Below are positions 44,977 through 54,162 of a stretch of DNA of 64,000 nucleotides, piece by piece; position 1 is the stretch's first letter; each line of letters begins with the position of its first letter. The notes under the pieces were generated by a model. That model was not told the origin of the DNA and did no database searches. It saw nothing but the letters and a program-made list of their open reading frames with translations. Source of the DNA: an uncultured bacterium (GTDB taxonomy: Bacteria > Krumholzibacteriota > Krumholzibacteriia > Krumholzibacteriales > Krumholzibacteriaceae); contig CAWBAN010000002.1 of assembly GCA_963786935.1 (NCBI GenBank), forward strand, positions 1 through 64,000, given 5' to 3'. The translations under genes were made by a program, and so were the position numbers.

Positions 44977-45122
44977 GCGAGATGCGATTCCCGTGGCCGC
45001 GGCCACGGCGATCCCGCCGGCCGTGGCCACGGCGGCCGGACACCCTCTTTATTAAGAATCTATTTGCATTAAAGGCGCTTTTCTGCTGTGATTGCGGCGA
45101 CTTCAGCAGGAAGGAGCGTGGT

Positions 45123-46202
45123 ATGGGCAAAGTCGCCGTATTGCTCGCAATCGTGGCTCTCTTCATTCCCCTCGCCGCTCTCGCCGGTTCCGACGCCCCT
45201 AAGCCAGCCCCGCCCGTCACCGAGACGAGCGCGCTCTGGCTCGGGCCGGTGAAGCTCGGGGTGCTTCCGCCGCCCACGATTCCACCGGACAATCCGCAGA
45301 CGGCGCGGAAGATCCTCCTCGGCAAGCAGCTCTACTTCGACACGAGGCTCTCGCAGGACAACACGATCAGCTGCGCCACGTGCCACGACCCGACGATGGG
45401 CTGGTCGGACAAGGGGCCGACGAGCAAGGGGATCAGGAGCCAGATGGGAGGCCGCAGGGCACCGCCTGCATCCAATTCCGCGTATAATCCTCTGCAATTC
45501 TGGGACGGCCGCAGCCCGAGCCTCGAGGATCAGGCGAAGGGACCGATCCAGAACCCGATCGAGATGGGAAACACGCACCAGGTCATGATACGCACCGTCA
45601 ACGATATCCCCGGCTATGTCGAGGAGTTCAAGACGGTCTTCGGGACGACGCCGATCACCGTCGATCAGGTGGCGCAGGCGATCGCCGCGTTCGAGCGCAC
45701 GATCGTGACCACCGACTCGCCGTTCGACCGGTTCGTGAAGGGGGACGAGACGGCGCTGACGAGCCTCGAGAGGAAGGGGCTCGAGATATTCAACGGCAAG
45801 GGGCGCTGCTCGTGCTGCCACTGGGGCCCGAACTTCAGCGACGGGAGATTCCACAACCTCGGCGTGCCCGACATCGACCCGGCCAAGCCCGACCTCGGCC
45901 GTTACGAGATCACGAAGAACCCGGCCGACAAGGGCGCCTTCAAAACGCCGACGATGCGCGACGTGGGGCTCCGGCCTCCGTACCTCCATACGGGAGGAGA
46001 GAAGACCGTCAGGGACGTGATCGTCTTCTACAACAAGGGGGGCGGGGTCAAGGATCCGAACATCGATCCGATGATGATTCCCCTCGGGCTCTCGGCGGGG
46101 GAGATCGACGCGCTCGTCGCGTTTCTCGAGCACGGGCTCACGAGCCTCAATCCCGAAGTGGCGGGCGTCAAACCGGTTCCGGCGTCCGAAATGCCGAAGT
46201 AA
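45123..46202 (+). CDS. Di-heme cytochrome c peroxidase (Ccp/MauG family)
   Basis: LGKQLYFDTRLS, CATCH, QFWDGR, NPIEM, CSCCH, FKTPTMR, PYLHTG. Confidence 0.92.
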   Translation: MGKVAVLLAIVALFIPLAALAGSDAPKPAPPVTETSALWLGPVKLGVLPPPTIPPDNPQTARKILLGKQLYFDTRLSQDNTISCATCHDPTMGWSDKGPTSKGIRSQMGGRRAPPASNSAYNPLQFWDGRSPSLEDQAKGPIQNPIEMGNTHQVMIRTVNDIPGYVEEFKTVFGTTPITVDQVAQAIAAFERTIVTTDSPFDRFVKGDETALTSLERKGLEIFNGKGRCSCCHWGPNFSDGRFHNLGVPDIDPAKPDLGRYEITKNPADKGAFKTPTMRDVGLRPPYLHTGGEKTVRDVIVFYNKGGGVKDPNIDPMMIPLGLSAGEIDALVAFLEHGLTSLNPEVAGVKPVPASEMPK

Positions 46203-46209
46203 GGGGGCG

Positions 46210-47526
46210 ATGAACATGAAAAAGATCTCCATTCTCCTGCTCGTTCTCGTCGCCCTGCAGCTCGTGCTGCCGGCGCCGGGGCAGGCCATTCCCGCCTTCG
46301 CGAGGAAGTACGGCTTCAACTGCGCGATGTGCCACACGGCCTTTCCGAAGCTCAACGACTGGGGGCAGCGTTACCGCGACAACGGCTACCAGCTCCCCGG
46401 GCAGGTCGGCAAGGAACAGACGATGTTCGATTCGCACACGCCCATCGCGCTCAGGACGGCGGTCGGCATCAACGGCTACAGCGTGAAGCCGACCGAGGAC
46501 GCCAATGCGATCACGACGAGCGGGTTCGGGCTCAAGGGGCTCGATCTTCTCGCCGCGGGGGTCATGCACAAGAACATCTCCGTGCTCCTGATCTACACGC
46601 CGCGGATCGACGAGCCCTTCGCTGACTACACGGGCACGGAAGCGTCACAGCCCGGCGCGCTGGAGTCGGCGAGCATCATCTTCAGCAACATCGTGCCGAA
46701 CGCCCTGAACCTGCGGGTCGGCCGCTTCGAGCCCGCGTACCATCTCTTCAGCTCGAAGCGCTCCTTCTATCTGATCTCGCCGTACGACGTCTACGAGTAC
46801 CCGACCGGCGGCAACGACTTCCTCTTCGGCGACAACCAGATCGGGATCGAGGCGACGGGGGGGCTCGCCAGGGGATTCAAGTACGGTCTCGGCGTGGTCA
46901 ACGGGACGGGGGCGAAGGCGGACAACAACAAGTTCAAGGACGTCTATCTGACCCTGTCGCAGACGATCGGCGCCGGGGAAGGGCAGAGCGCCGGCCACCG
47001 GATCGGGGCGTTCGTCTACTACGGCAAGCAGCCGACGATCGCGCCCTTTACGATCACCGCCGAGGGCGATACGATACCCGGACCGCCCCCGGCCGTTTCC
47101 CCCACGGGCGAATACGACGGCGGCGGGAACGGCGCGTACTACCGCTACGGCGCCTCGGCGAGCCTGAACTGGAAGACGTTCAACCTGCTCGCCATGTACA
47201 TGCGGGGGCTCGACGACAAGATGTTCAACGCGATCGACGGCACGAAGAACTACGAATACGACGGCGGATTCGTCGAGCTCGACTACGCGGGCCTCTGGAA
47301 CAACAGGCTCATCGCGTCGGGGCTCTACAACTGGGTCGCGCCTCCGTCGTACGACGAGGTGAATCCGAAGGTCACCGCGTACTCGGGATTGCTCCGCTAT
47401 TACTTCGGCGACTGGAGCGCGGTGAACGTCGCCCTGCACGGCGAATACACGTACCGGAAGACCGAGGCGGGCGAATCCACGATGACGGAGAACGTCTACT
47501 CGATGCTCGTGGACTTCGGCTTCTAA
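46210..47526 (+). CDS. Cyc2-like fused monoheme cytochrome c-porin
   Basis: Signal peptide, then IPAFARKYGFNCAMCHTAFPKLNDWGQRYRDNGY, then a beta-barrel ending DFGF. Confidence 0.8.
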   Translation: MNMKKISILLLVLVALQLVLPAPGQAIPAFARKYGFNCAMCHTAFPKLNDWGQRYRDNGYQLPGQVGKEQTMFDSHTPIALRTAVGINGYSVKPTEDANAITTSGFGLKGLDLLAAGVMHKNISVLLIYTPRIDEPFADYTGTEASQPGALESASIIFSNIVPNALNLRVGRFEPAYHLFSSKRSFYLISPYDVYEYPTGGNDFLFGDNQIGIEATGGLARGFKYGLGVVNGTGAKADNNKFKDVYLTLSQTIGAGEGQSAGHRIGAFVYYGKQPTIAPFTITAEGDTIPGPPPAVSPTGEYDGGGNGAYYRYGASASLNWKTFNLLAMYMRGLDDKMFNAIDGTKNYEYDGGFVELDYAGLWNNRLIASGLYNWVAPPSYDEVNPKVTAYSGLLRYYFGDWSAVNVALHGEYTYRKTEAGESTMTENVYSMLVDFGF

Positions 47527-47557
47527 CGCGCCGCTGCCGGCGAACCGGGAGTATCAT

Positions 47558-47591
47558 GGAGGTCGCGGCTCGAAGACGGGCCGCGGCCTCC
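47558..47591 (+). terminator. Hairpin between the cytochrome-porin and DUF438 genes
   Basis: ggaggtcgcggctc..gggccgcggcctcc followed by ttcgtt. Confidence 0.35.
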
Positions 47592-47615
47592 TTCGTTATA
47601 CAAAGGCGGGTGAAC

Positions 47616-48845
47616 ATGAGCGAATCGTTGCGGCGAGTCGACGGGGATAAGCAGGAAGTCCTCAAGCGCATCATCAGGGACCTGCACGCCGGCGTGCCGG
47701 TCGAAAAGCTGCAGAAGACCTTCGCGGACGTCGTGAAGAACACGTCCCCCGAGGAGATCGCGGCCATGGAGAACGCGCTCATCGAGGAGGGTTTTCCGGT
47801 CGACGAGGTCAAGCGTCTCTGCGACGTGCACGTGCGCGTGTTCGAAAAATCGCTCGCGAAGGCGGGCAGGCCCGCGAAGATCCCCGGACACCCCGTCTAC
47901 ACCTTCATGCAGGAGAACAAGGTCGCCAAGGAGCTCCTCAAGGAGCTCTCGGGGCGCGCGAAGCGCCTCGACAGGAAGGAGCCGCGCGAAAGCGACGTCG
48001 CCGCGTTCGCCGAGAACTTCGCCCGGTTCCGCGAGATCGAGAAGCACTACGCGCGCAAGGAGAACCAGCTCTTCCCCGCGCTCGAGCACAAGGGCTTCAC
48101 GGGGCCGACGAAGGTCATGTGGGGCAAGCACGACGAGATCCGGCAGCTCGTTCGCGAGGCGGACGCCCTCGCCAGGGCGCGTGACTGGAAGAATCTCCGC
48201 GGGAAGATCAAGTCGCTCGGGGGCGCCGTCAAGAAGATGATCTTCCTCGAAGAGAAGATCCTCTACCCCACCGCGGCGAAGAAGCTCGGGGACGTCGAAT
48301 GGGCGACGATCAAGCGCGGCGAACCCGAGATCGGCTACGCGTGGGTCACGCCCTCGAACCTCTGGGACGCGGAGATCGCGAAGGCGCTCGCCACGGCGCA
48401 CGGCGGCGCGGCGCACGGCGCGGCGGCGGCGCCCGATCCGGGCGAGGTGAAGCTCTCCGAAGGCCGCCTTACGGGGGAGCAGATCGACCTGCTGCTGAAG
48501 GCGCTCCCCTTCGACGTCACCTTCGTCGACGAGAACGACGTCGTGCGCTATTACTCGGCGACCGAGCACCGCATCTTCCCGCGGAGCCCGGCGATCATCG
48601 GGCGCGCCGTCCAGAACTGCCACCCGCACCAAAGCGTCGACGTCGTGAACGACATCATCAAGAGCTTCAGGGAAAAGAAAAAGGACGTCGCCGAGTTCTG
48701 GATCCAGTCGCAGGGGGCGTTCATCCATATCAGGTATTTCCCGCTGTACGACGCCGCCGGCGCGTACCGCGGGGTCATCGAGGTGAGCCAGGAGATCTCG
48801 GGCGTCCGCGCGCTCGAGGGGGAGCGCCGGCTTCTCGATTGGTGA
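47616..48845 (+). CDS. DUF438 + hemerythrin-like + PAS domain protein
   Basis: LCDVH, GHPVYTF..EN, HYARKENQLFP, VMWGKHD, MIFLEEKILYP, NCHP, LEGERRLLDW. Confidence 0.9.
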   Translation: MSESLRRVDGDKQEVLKRIIRDLHAGVPVEKLQKTFADVVKNTSPEEIAAMENALIEEGFPVDEVKRLCDVHVRVFEKSLAKAGRPAKIPGHPVYTFMQENKVAKELLKELSGRAKRLDRKEPRESDVAAFAENFARFREIEKHYARKENQLFPALEHKGFTGPTKVMWGKHDEIRQLVREADALARARDWKNLRGKIKSLGGAVKKMIFLEEKILYPTAAKKLGDVEWATIKRGEPEIGYAWVTPSNLWDAEIAKALATAHGGAAHGAAAAPDPGEVKLSEGRLTGEQIDLLLKALPFDVTFVDENDVVRYYSATEHRIFPRSPAIIGRAVQNCHPHQSVDVVNDIIKSFREKKKDVAEFWIQSQGAFIHIRYFPLYDAAGAYRGVIEVSQEISGVRALEGERRLLDW

Positions 48846-48878
48846 TCCGGCGGCGCGGCGGCGCGCGTATTTCGATCG

Positions 48879-49334
48879 GTGGTGACGGTGCGATATCGAA
48901 ACGGCATACTGGCCGCGCTCCTCGGCGCCGCCTGCGGGCTCGCCGTTTTCACGTTTCTCTACGCCCGCGGCCCGTCGTACCTCTTCGACGATCCGACGGT
49001 CTGCACGAACTGCCACATCATGCGCGCCGAGTTCGACTCGTGGAACCGGTCGAGCCACAAGGCCGCCGCCACCTGCAACGCGTGCCACACGCCGCACAAC
49101 CTCGCCGGCAAATACGCCGTGAAAGCGCTGAACGGCTGGAATCACGGATTCGCGTTCACGACGGGGCGATACCCCGATCCGATCATGATCCGCGCCCTCA
49201 ACGGGCGGATCGCCGCGGACAACTGCTGGCGGTGCCACGAGAACATGGCAAGCCGGATGACGATGCTGTACCCGCGGCGGGATATCGACTGCACGGCGTG
49301 CCACGGCAACGTGGGGCATCTGGCCCGCCGGTAA
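48879..49334 (+). CDS. nrfH: Cytochrome c nitrite reductase small subunit (tetraheme quinol dehydrogenase)
   Basis: TM anchor; CTNCHIM, CNACH, CWRCH, CTACH..VGH. Confidence 0.92.
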   Translation: MVTVRYRNGILAALLGAACGLAVFTFLYARGPSYLFDDPTVCTNCHIMRAEFDSWNRSSHKAAATCNACHTPHNLAGKYAVKALNGWNHGFAFTTGRYPDPIMIRALNGRIAADNCWRCHENMASRMTMLYPRRDIDCTACHGNVGHLARR

Positions 49335-49430
49335 GGAAGCGAGGGGCGCCGGGGGCGCCCCTCGATGGGCATGGGCGCTGGGGGCCCCGGGAAAAACGCG
49401 GGACGCCCGCGGAACAAAGGAGTGTCAGCG

Positions 49431-50759
49431 ATGCGCATTCTCTCGTTCTTGAAGAGCAACAAGGCGTATGTCGCGGTGTTCGCCGCCGCCCTCGTCTTCA
49501 CGATCGTCGTGACGACGGTCCTCGTCGACATCGCCGGCAAGAAGCGCGAGGCGCTGAGCTGGCCGCTCAAGGTCGTCGAGATCTCGAAGAACGAGATCGA
49601 CCCGGCCGTATGGGGCAACAACTTCCCCTTCGAGTACGACACCTTCGTCAAGACCGAGATCGACTACGGCGCGACGACGTACGGCGGCTCGAAGCAGTTC
49701 GACCGGCTCGAGCGCTACCCGGCGCTCAAGCGGCTCTACGCCGGTAACGCCTTCAGCGTCGATTACAAGGAGGAGCGCGGACATCATTACGCCGCGATCG
49801 ATCAGGCGAACACGAAGCGCGTCGTCGTCGCGAAGCAGCCGGGCGCCTGCCTCAACTGCCACGCCGCCGAAGCGCCGTTCATGATCGAGGAGATGGGCTG
49901 GGAGGCGTTCAACCGGACGCCGTACGATTCGCTCAAGCGCCGCGCGAAGATGGGCTCGTCCTGCTCCGATTGCCACGATCCCGAGACGATGGCGCTCCGG
50001 ATCACGCGCCCGGCGTTCCGCATCGCGATGGAGACGGCGGGAATCGACCTGAAGAAGGCGACGCGGCAGGAGATGCGCGCCTACGTCTGCGCCCAGTGCC
50101 ACGTCGAATACTATTTCAAGGGGGACGACAAGGTGCTCACCTTCCCGTGGAGCAAGGGGCGGACGATCGAGGCGATCGAGGAGCACTACGACGATTACGG
50201 TTTCAAGGACTTCGCGCACAAGGAAACGGGCGCGCCCATGATCAAGATCCAGCACCCCGAGTTCGAGCTCTGGGGCACGGGTGTCCACGCGAAATCGGGC
50301 GTCTCGTGCGCCGACTGCCACATGCCCTACCTGCGCGAGGGGAGCGTGAAGATCTCCGACCACTGGGTGCGGAGCCCGCTCGAAAACGTCGAGCAGTCGT
50401 GCCAGACGTGCCACCGGTTGACGAAGGAAGAATTGAAGGATCGCGTCGCCGTCGTTCAGGATCGCACGGCGGCCCTCCTGCGCCGCTCTGAGACGGCGCT
50501 CCTCGCCGCGATCGACGCGATCGTCGCGGCGCGCGCGGCCGGCGCGGGGGACGAGGCGCTCGCCGAGGCGCAGCGGCTCCATCGCGCGGCCCAGATGCGA
50601 TGGGACTTCGTATCGTCGGAGAACAGCACGGGCTTCCACAGCCCGCAGGAGGCGGCGCGGATACTCGCCGAATCGATCGATCTCGCGCGCCAGGCGCAGC
50701 TCGCGGCCTCGGCCGCGGCGGCGGGAAAACGTTCCGGGCACGCCGCGGCGGGAGAATAA
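49431..50759 (+). CDS. nrfA: Ammonia-forming pentaheme cytochrome c nitrite reductase (heme 1 CXXCH variant)
   Basis: EERGH, CLNCH, CSDCH, CAQCHVEYYF, KIQHPEFE, CADCHMPY, CQTCH, ENSTGFH. Confidence 0.9.
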   Translation: MRILSFLKSNKAYVAVFAAALVFTIVVTTVLVDIAGKKREALSWPLKVVEISKNEIDPAVWGNNFPFEYDTFVKTEIDYGATTYGGSKQFDRLERYPALKRLYAGNAFSVDYKEERGHHYAAIDQANTKRVVVAKQPGACLNCHAAEAPFMIEEMGWEAFNRTPYDSLKRRAKMGSSCSDCHDPETMALRITRPAFRIAMETAGIDLKKATRQEMRAYVCAQCHVEYYFKGDDKVLTFPWSKGRTIEAIEEHYDDYGFKDFAHKETGAPMIKIQHPEFELWGTGVHAKSGVSCADCHMPYLREGSVKISDHWVRSPLENVEQSCQTCHRLTKEELKDRVAVVQDRTAALLRRSETALLAAIDAIVAARAAGAGDEALAEAQRLHRAAQMRWDFVSSENSTGFHSPQEAARILAESIDLARQAQLAASAAAAGKRSGHAAAGE

Positions 50760-50778
50760 GTCCGCGCGGCGGCAATGA

Positions 50779-51333
50779 TCAGCGGAAAAGGGATTTGATT
50801 CCGCCCCACGTGGCGGACTCGGCGGCGGTGGTGAACGTCCCATCGAGCACGAGCGTCTCCCCGGTGAATACGACGACCGGGGGGACCCTGTTGCGCGTTG
50901 GATTATCTCCGAGCCAGGAGGGCAAGTACAAACGATAAATCGCCAGCACGTCGTATTCGGTGAAAAGCTCCATTGCACTCGCGAGAGGGGAAAGCTCCCG
51001 CGTTACGGAGAATGCGCCGTTCTCGTATATGCCCCAGACCGTGTTCAACTGAGGGCTGGAGTAAACCGGGCTATCCAGCCAAATCTCGACATGATACCCC
51101 CAGACCATTGGAGCCCAATAATCGTTCTCGAATCCCGGCATATCGAAAAACTCTTCGTAGCTTCCGAGGGTGGCGGTTCCTTCGAACCTTATGTACACGT
51201 GATCGAGCGTCAGCGGCTGAACGGGCAGCTGGAAGGAGTTCAAACCGGTGAAGGGGACCTCGACGATTTCCGCGCGGAGCGGAGACGACACCGCCGCCAG
51301 CGCGGCGGCCGCGGCAATGAGAAGCTTTTTCAC
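50779..51333 (-). CDS. Secreted hypothetical protein with C-terminal TWGxIKxLF motif
   Basis: Signal peptide; ends AESATWGGIKSLFR. Confidence 0.75.
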   Translation of the reverse strand: MKKLLIAAAAALAAVSSPLRAEIVEVPFTGLNSFQLPVQPLTLDHVYIRFEGTATLGSYEEFFDMPGFENDYWAPMVWGYHVEIWLDSPVYSSPQLNTVWGIYENGAFSVTRELSPLASAMELFTEYDVLAIYRLYLPSWLGDNPTRNRVPPVVVFTGETLVLDGTFTTAAESATWGGIKSLFR

Positions 51334-51438
51334 GTTTCACCTCTCGCGTCTCGAAGCGCCGGTACCGGGCTTCCACAGCCACATCCGAACTTCCCCCGTC
51401 GATGATTATGGCAGAAATCCGGACCGGGTGCGAAAACT

Positions 51439-52128
51439 TCATGTGCGGTTCCGCTGCGGGGACCGTCGACTCGCCGAGAGCAGGCGGCGCGCGATCGCGA
51501 CGGCGGCCGCGATCGCCGCGACAACGCCGGCGAGCCCGACGAGGAAGAACGTCCCGACGCGGCTGTCGAGCGCCGACCAGGGGGATTTCCCGAAGAACCA
51601 CTTCTTGATCGTGGGGATCGCGATGAGCGCGTGGAGCGCCTTGTCCGGCGGAAACTCTTCGAGCTCGCCGATGGCGAGGACGTATTTGCCGCGGTTGTCG
51701 GGATTGGAGACGCGCACCTCGTAGAATCCCGGCCCCGCCTCCTCCCGCAGAGCGGGACCCTTGAAATAGTTGTCCCCGCCGTACGGCTCGTAGAACGGCG
51801 GCCAGTCGACCTGCGTGCTGTCGAGCACGTCGAAGAGCGCGCCGTCCTTGAACACCTCGACGACGAAATCGGTCCGCGCGCCCGGAATGTCGGGGGCGAG
51901 GATATTCACGTAGAGCGTGAAGAACGAATCGGCCCGGATCTCGTAGACCGCGGGCTCGCCGGGGAGATCGCCGTAGTACGCCTTCGAGACCGTGGGATCG
52001 TACACCGTGACCTTCGTCACGCGGTTGACGAAGTTCGGCTGGTGCGCGAGCGCGGCGCCGCCGCCGAGGAACGGCGCGAGCGAGAGCGTCAGGGCGAGGG
52101 CGTAGATCGTCGGCACGGCTCTTTTCAT
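51439..52128 (-). CDS. Exported hypothetical protein with C-terminal membrane anchor
   Basis: AHQP after signal peptide; FYEPYGG; GKYVLAIGELEEF; C-terminal TM helix. Confidence 0.7.
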   Translation of the reverse strand: MKRAVPTIYALALTLSLAPFLGGGAALAHQPNFVNRVTKVTVYDPTVSKAYYGDLPGEPAVYEIRADSFFTLYVNILAPDIPGARTDFVVEVFKDGALFDVLDSTQVDWPPFYEPYGGDNYFKGPALREEAGPGFYEVRVSNPDNRGKYVLAIGELEEFPPDKALHALIAIPTIKKWFFGKSPWSALDSRVGTFFLVGLAGVVAAIAAAVAIARRLLSASRRSPQRNRT

Positions 52129-52277
52129 GGGTGCTCATTGTAGCCGCCGGGCGGAGGAATTCAATGGAAAACTGCCGCCGGCGGACGGGCCGGGGCGCGA
52201 TCGCAAGCCCTCTCGCGAAGGCCGGGCGAGGCGCCCCGTGCGCCGTCAGCGCCGTTTTCGGCGCGTTTCTTCGGCCC

Positions 52278-52532
52278 TCAGCGCCGCTTCAAGAGGCCCG
52301 ACGCCCGCGAGCTCTCGACGGCCCCCGCGAGAAACAGGGCGCCGAGGAGCGCGTGAGGCCAAATGCGCGCCCCGTTCGAAACGCCTCCATACACGCGCGC
52401 GCCGCAGTAGATCGCGGCAGCCGCGTACACGAACGGCATGAAGCGCATCTCGGCGAGCGCCCGCGCCACCCGCGTGCGGCTCAGGACGAATCCGCCGGCG
52501 GCGAGCGCGATCACGATGATGGTCGTTATCAT
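52278..52532 (-). CDS. Small 3-TM membrane protein (possible immunity protein)
   Basis: AAGGAGG RBS; 84 aa, hydrophobic and basic; starts 12 bp after the previous stop. Confidence 0.6.
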   Translation of the reverse strand: MITTIIVIALAAGGFVLSRTRVARALAEMRFMPFVYAAAAIYCGARVYGGVSNGARIWPHALLGALFLAGAVESSRASGLLKRR

Positions 52533-52544
52533 TGCCGCCTCCTT

Positions 52545-53210
52545 CTACGGACAGATGATGTCCGCGATGCCGCCGTCGCACGAGCTGCAGAATACGCCGT
52601 AGGAGCAAACGGTATAGAAGCCCATGTTCCCGCCCGATTTCACGCCGCAGAGCGCGAATCCCACGATGAGCTGCGTCATCTTGCACGTGAGCGGCGGCCG
52701 TGCCGGCGCCCGGAGCGCGGCGCTCCCGTCGGAAATCGCGCTTTCGTCGAGCGCGGCCGGGAGCGTCTTCGAGTAGTGCTCCCACGCGAGCGCGACATCC
52801 TCGACGCCGCACGCGGGATAACGCCATTCGTCGCGCGCGGCAATCTCCGAGAGCGCCGGGTAGCGCGTGAAGAGCGATTGCGTGAGCGCGTCGATGCGAT
52901 CGAAAGTTTCGCGCGCCTCGTCGGGCGTGAAGCCGAAGAGCGCGTTCGAGCGAGCCGGGTCCGCGCCGGCCTCGCGGATCTGCTCCGGCGTGACGCCCCG
53001 CGCGATCCCGCGCGCCGCGATCTCGTCGCGGATCGCCACGAGCTCGGCGACCTCGCTCGATTTGCGAAGCTCGTCATCGATCCATTCGGAATCGTCCGCG
53101 CCGGGGCCCGTCCCGCGCGCCGGCGGCGCCGCGTCGCGGTCGGCGCACGCCGAGGCGAGAAGACACATCAGTACCGCCAGAAACAGCGGGGGTATTCTTT
53201 TCTTTGACAT
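52545..53210 (-). CDS. Lipoprotein with Cys-rich hydrophobic C-terminal peptide (bacteriocin-like precursor?)
   Basis: LASAC lipobox; acidic middle region; C-terminal ~46 aa contain 6 Cys. Confidence 0.65.
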   Translation of the reverse strand: MSKKRIPPLFLAVLMCLLASACADRDAAPPARGTGPGADDSEWIDDELRKSSEVAELVAIRDEIAARGIARGVTPEQIREAGADPARSNALFGFTPDEARETFDRIDALTQSLFTRYPALSEIAARDEWRYPACGVEDVALAWEHYSKTLPAALDESAISDGSAALRAPARPPLTCKMTQLIVGFALCGVKSGGNMGFYTVCSYGVFCSSCDGGIADIICP

Positions 53211-53613
53211 CTCCATCATTCCTTCCCGCGGGCGTTGAAGCCCGCCATCGCTATCGACAAACATCGAAGGACGCCGATTGATGCGCCGCGACGCGGCGGC
53301 CCCCACCGTTTCCGTTCACCTCCGTGCCGATATTGGATTTCAAGAACGGTTCCATGAATCGCGCGCCTGCGCCATTCACCCGGGGGCGGAAGATTCGACC
53401 GGCGGCGGCAGCCGCCCAACCGATTGATATTTAATGATATGGGGCGCCCGCAGCACAAGAATGCCCGCGCAAGAATGATCGTCTCAAGGCCGTCTCGGGC
53501 CGGGAGGCGCACCGGAAAAGATGTTCAGGCTGTTCAGGATGATGTGAACGCAGACAACAGGAAGCGACGATCGCCGGCGCTGCCGCCTGCCCGGCAGGGC
53601 CGACGTGAGCGCG

Positions 53614-54096
53614 CTACTGAGCCGCCAACAGGGCCGCGGCGAGCGCGACGACTCCCGACTCGACCTCGCTCGAGAGCCCCTCTCCGAGCCTCATGCTCTT
53701 CGGCTGAACGCCGGCGAGGATCGCCTCCCCCTTCCAGCGCTCCGTGAGATAGTGAATGAGGAAATGAAGCGAGAGCCGGTGCGTGTTGCTCGCCGAGAGC
53801 ATGAGATCCTCGAAGGGGATGAGGCGCCACTCGCCGGCCGCGCCCCCGAAATCCACGGCGTCGACGAATACGACCGCCTCGAGCGATTGCTTCGCGACCC
53901 AGCCGCCGTAGTTCTCGGGGACCTCGCAGGCGTCGACGAGTGGGAAAGCCGCGCCGCGCGCGGTCAGCAGCGCCACGAGCGCGGGGCCCGCCCCGTCGTC
54001 CCCCTTGAGGACGTTCCCGACGCCGACGACGCCGAAGCGCTTGCCCGCGAGGCGCGCCCCGAGATTTCGCGCGGGATCCTGTTTTCCGTCATTCAT
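53614..54096 (-). CDS. hycI: Hydrogenase maturation protease
   Basis: GVGNVLKGDDGAG, PEN, FVDAVD, NTHRLSL. Confidence 0.9.
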   Translation of the reverse strand: MNDGKQDPARNLGARLAGKRFGVVGVGNVLKGDDGAGPALVALLTARGAAFPLVDACEVPENYGGWVAKQSLEAVVFVDAVDFGGAAGEWRLIPFEDLMLSASNTHRLSLHFLIHYLTERWKGEAILAGVQPKSMRLGEGLSSEVESGVVALAAALLAAQ

Positions 54097-54162
54097 AGCG
54101 GCACCCATGAAAAGGGCCCCTGATCGGGGCCCCGGTAGTCGGACGCGGCGCGGCGCGAGCGC

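Noticed and set aside
43246..45122. Long N-terminal extensions in ORF-track entries 43246..44976 and 43527..46202
   Set aside because: RBS and signal peptides place the real starts at 43576 and 45123.
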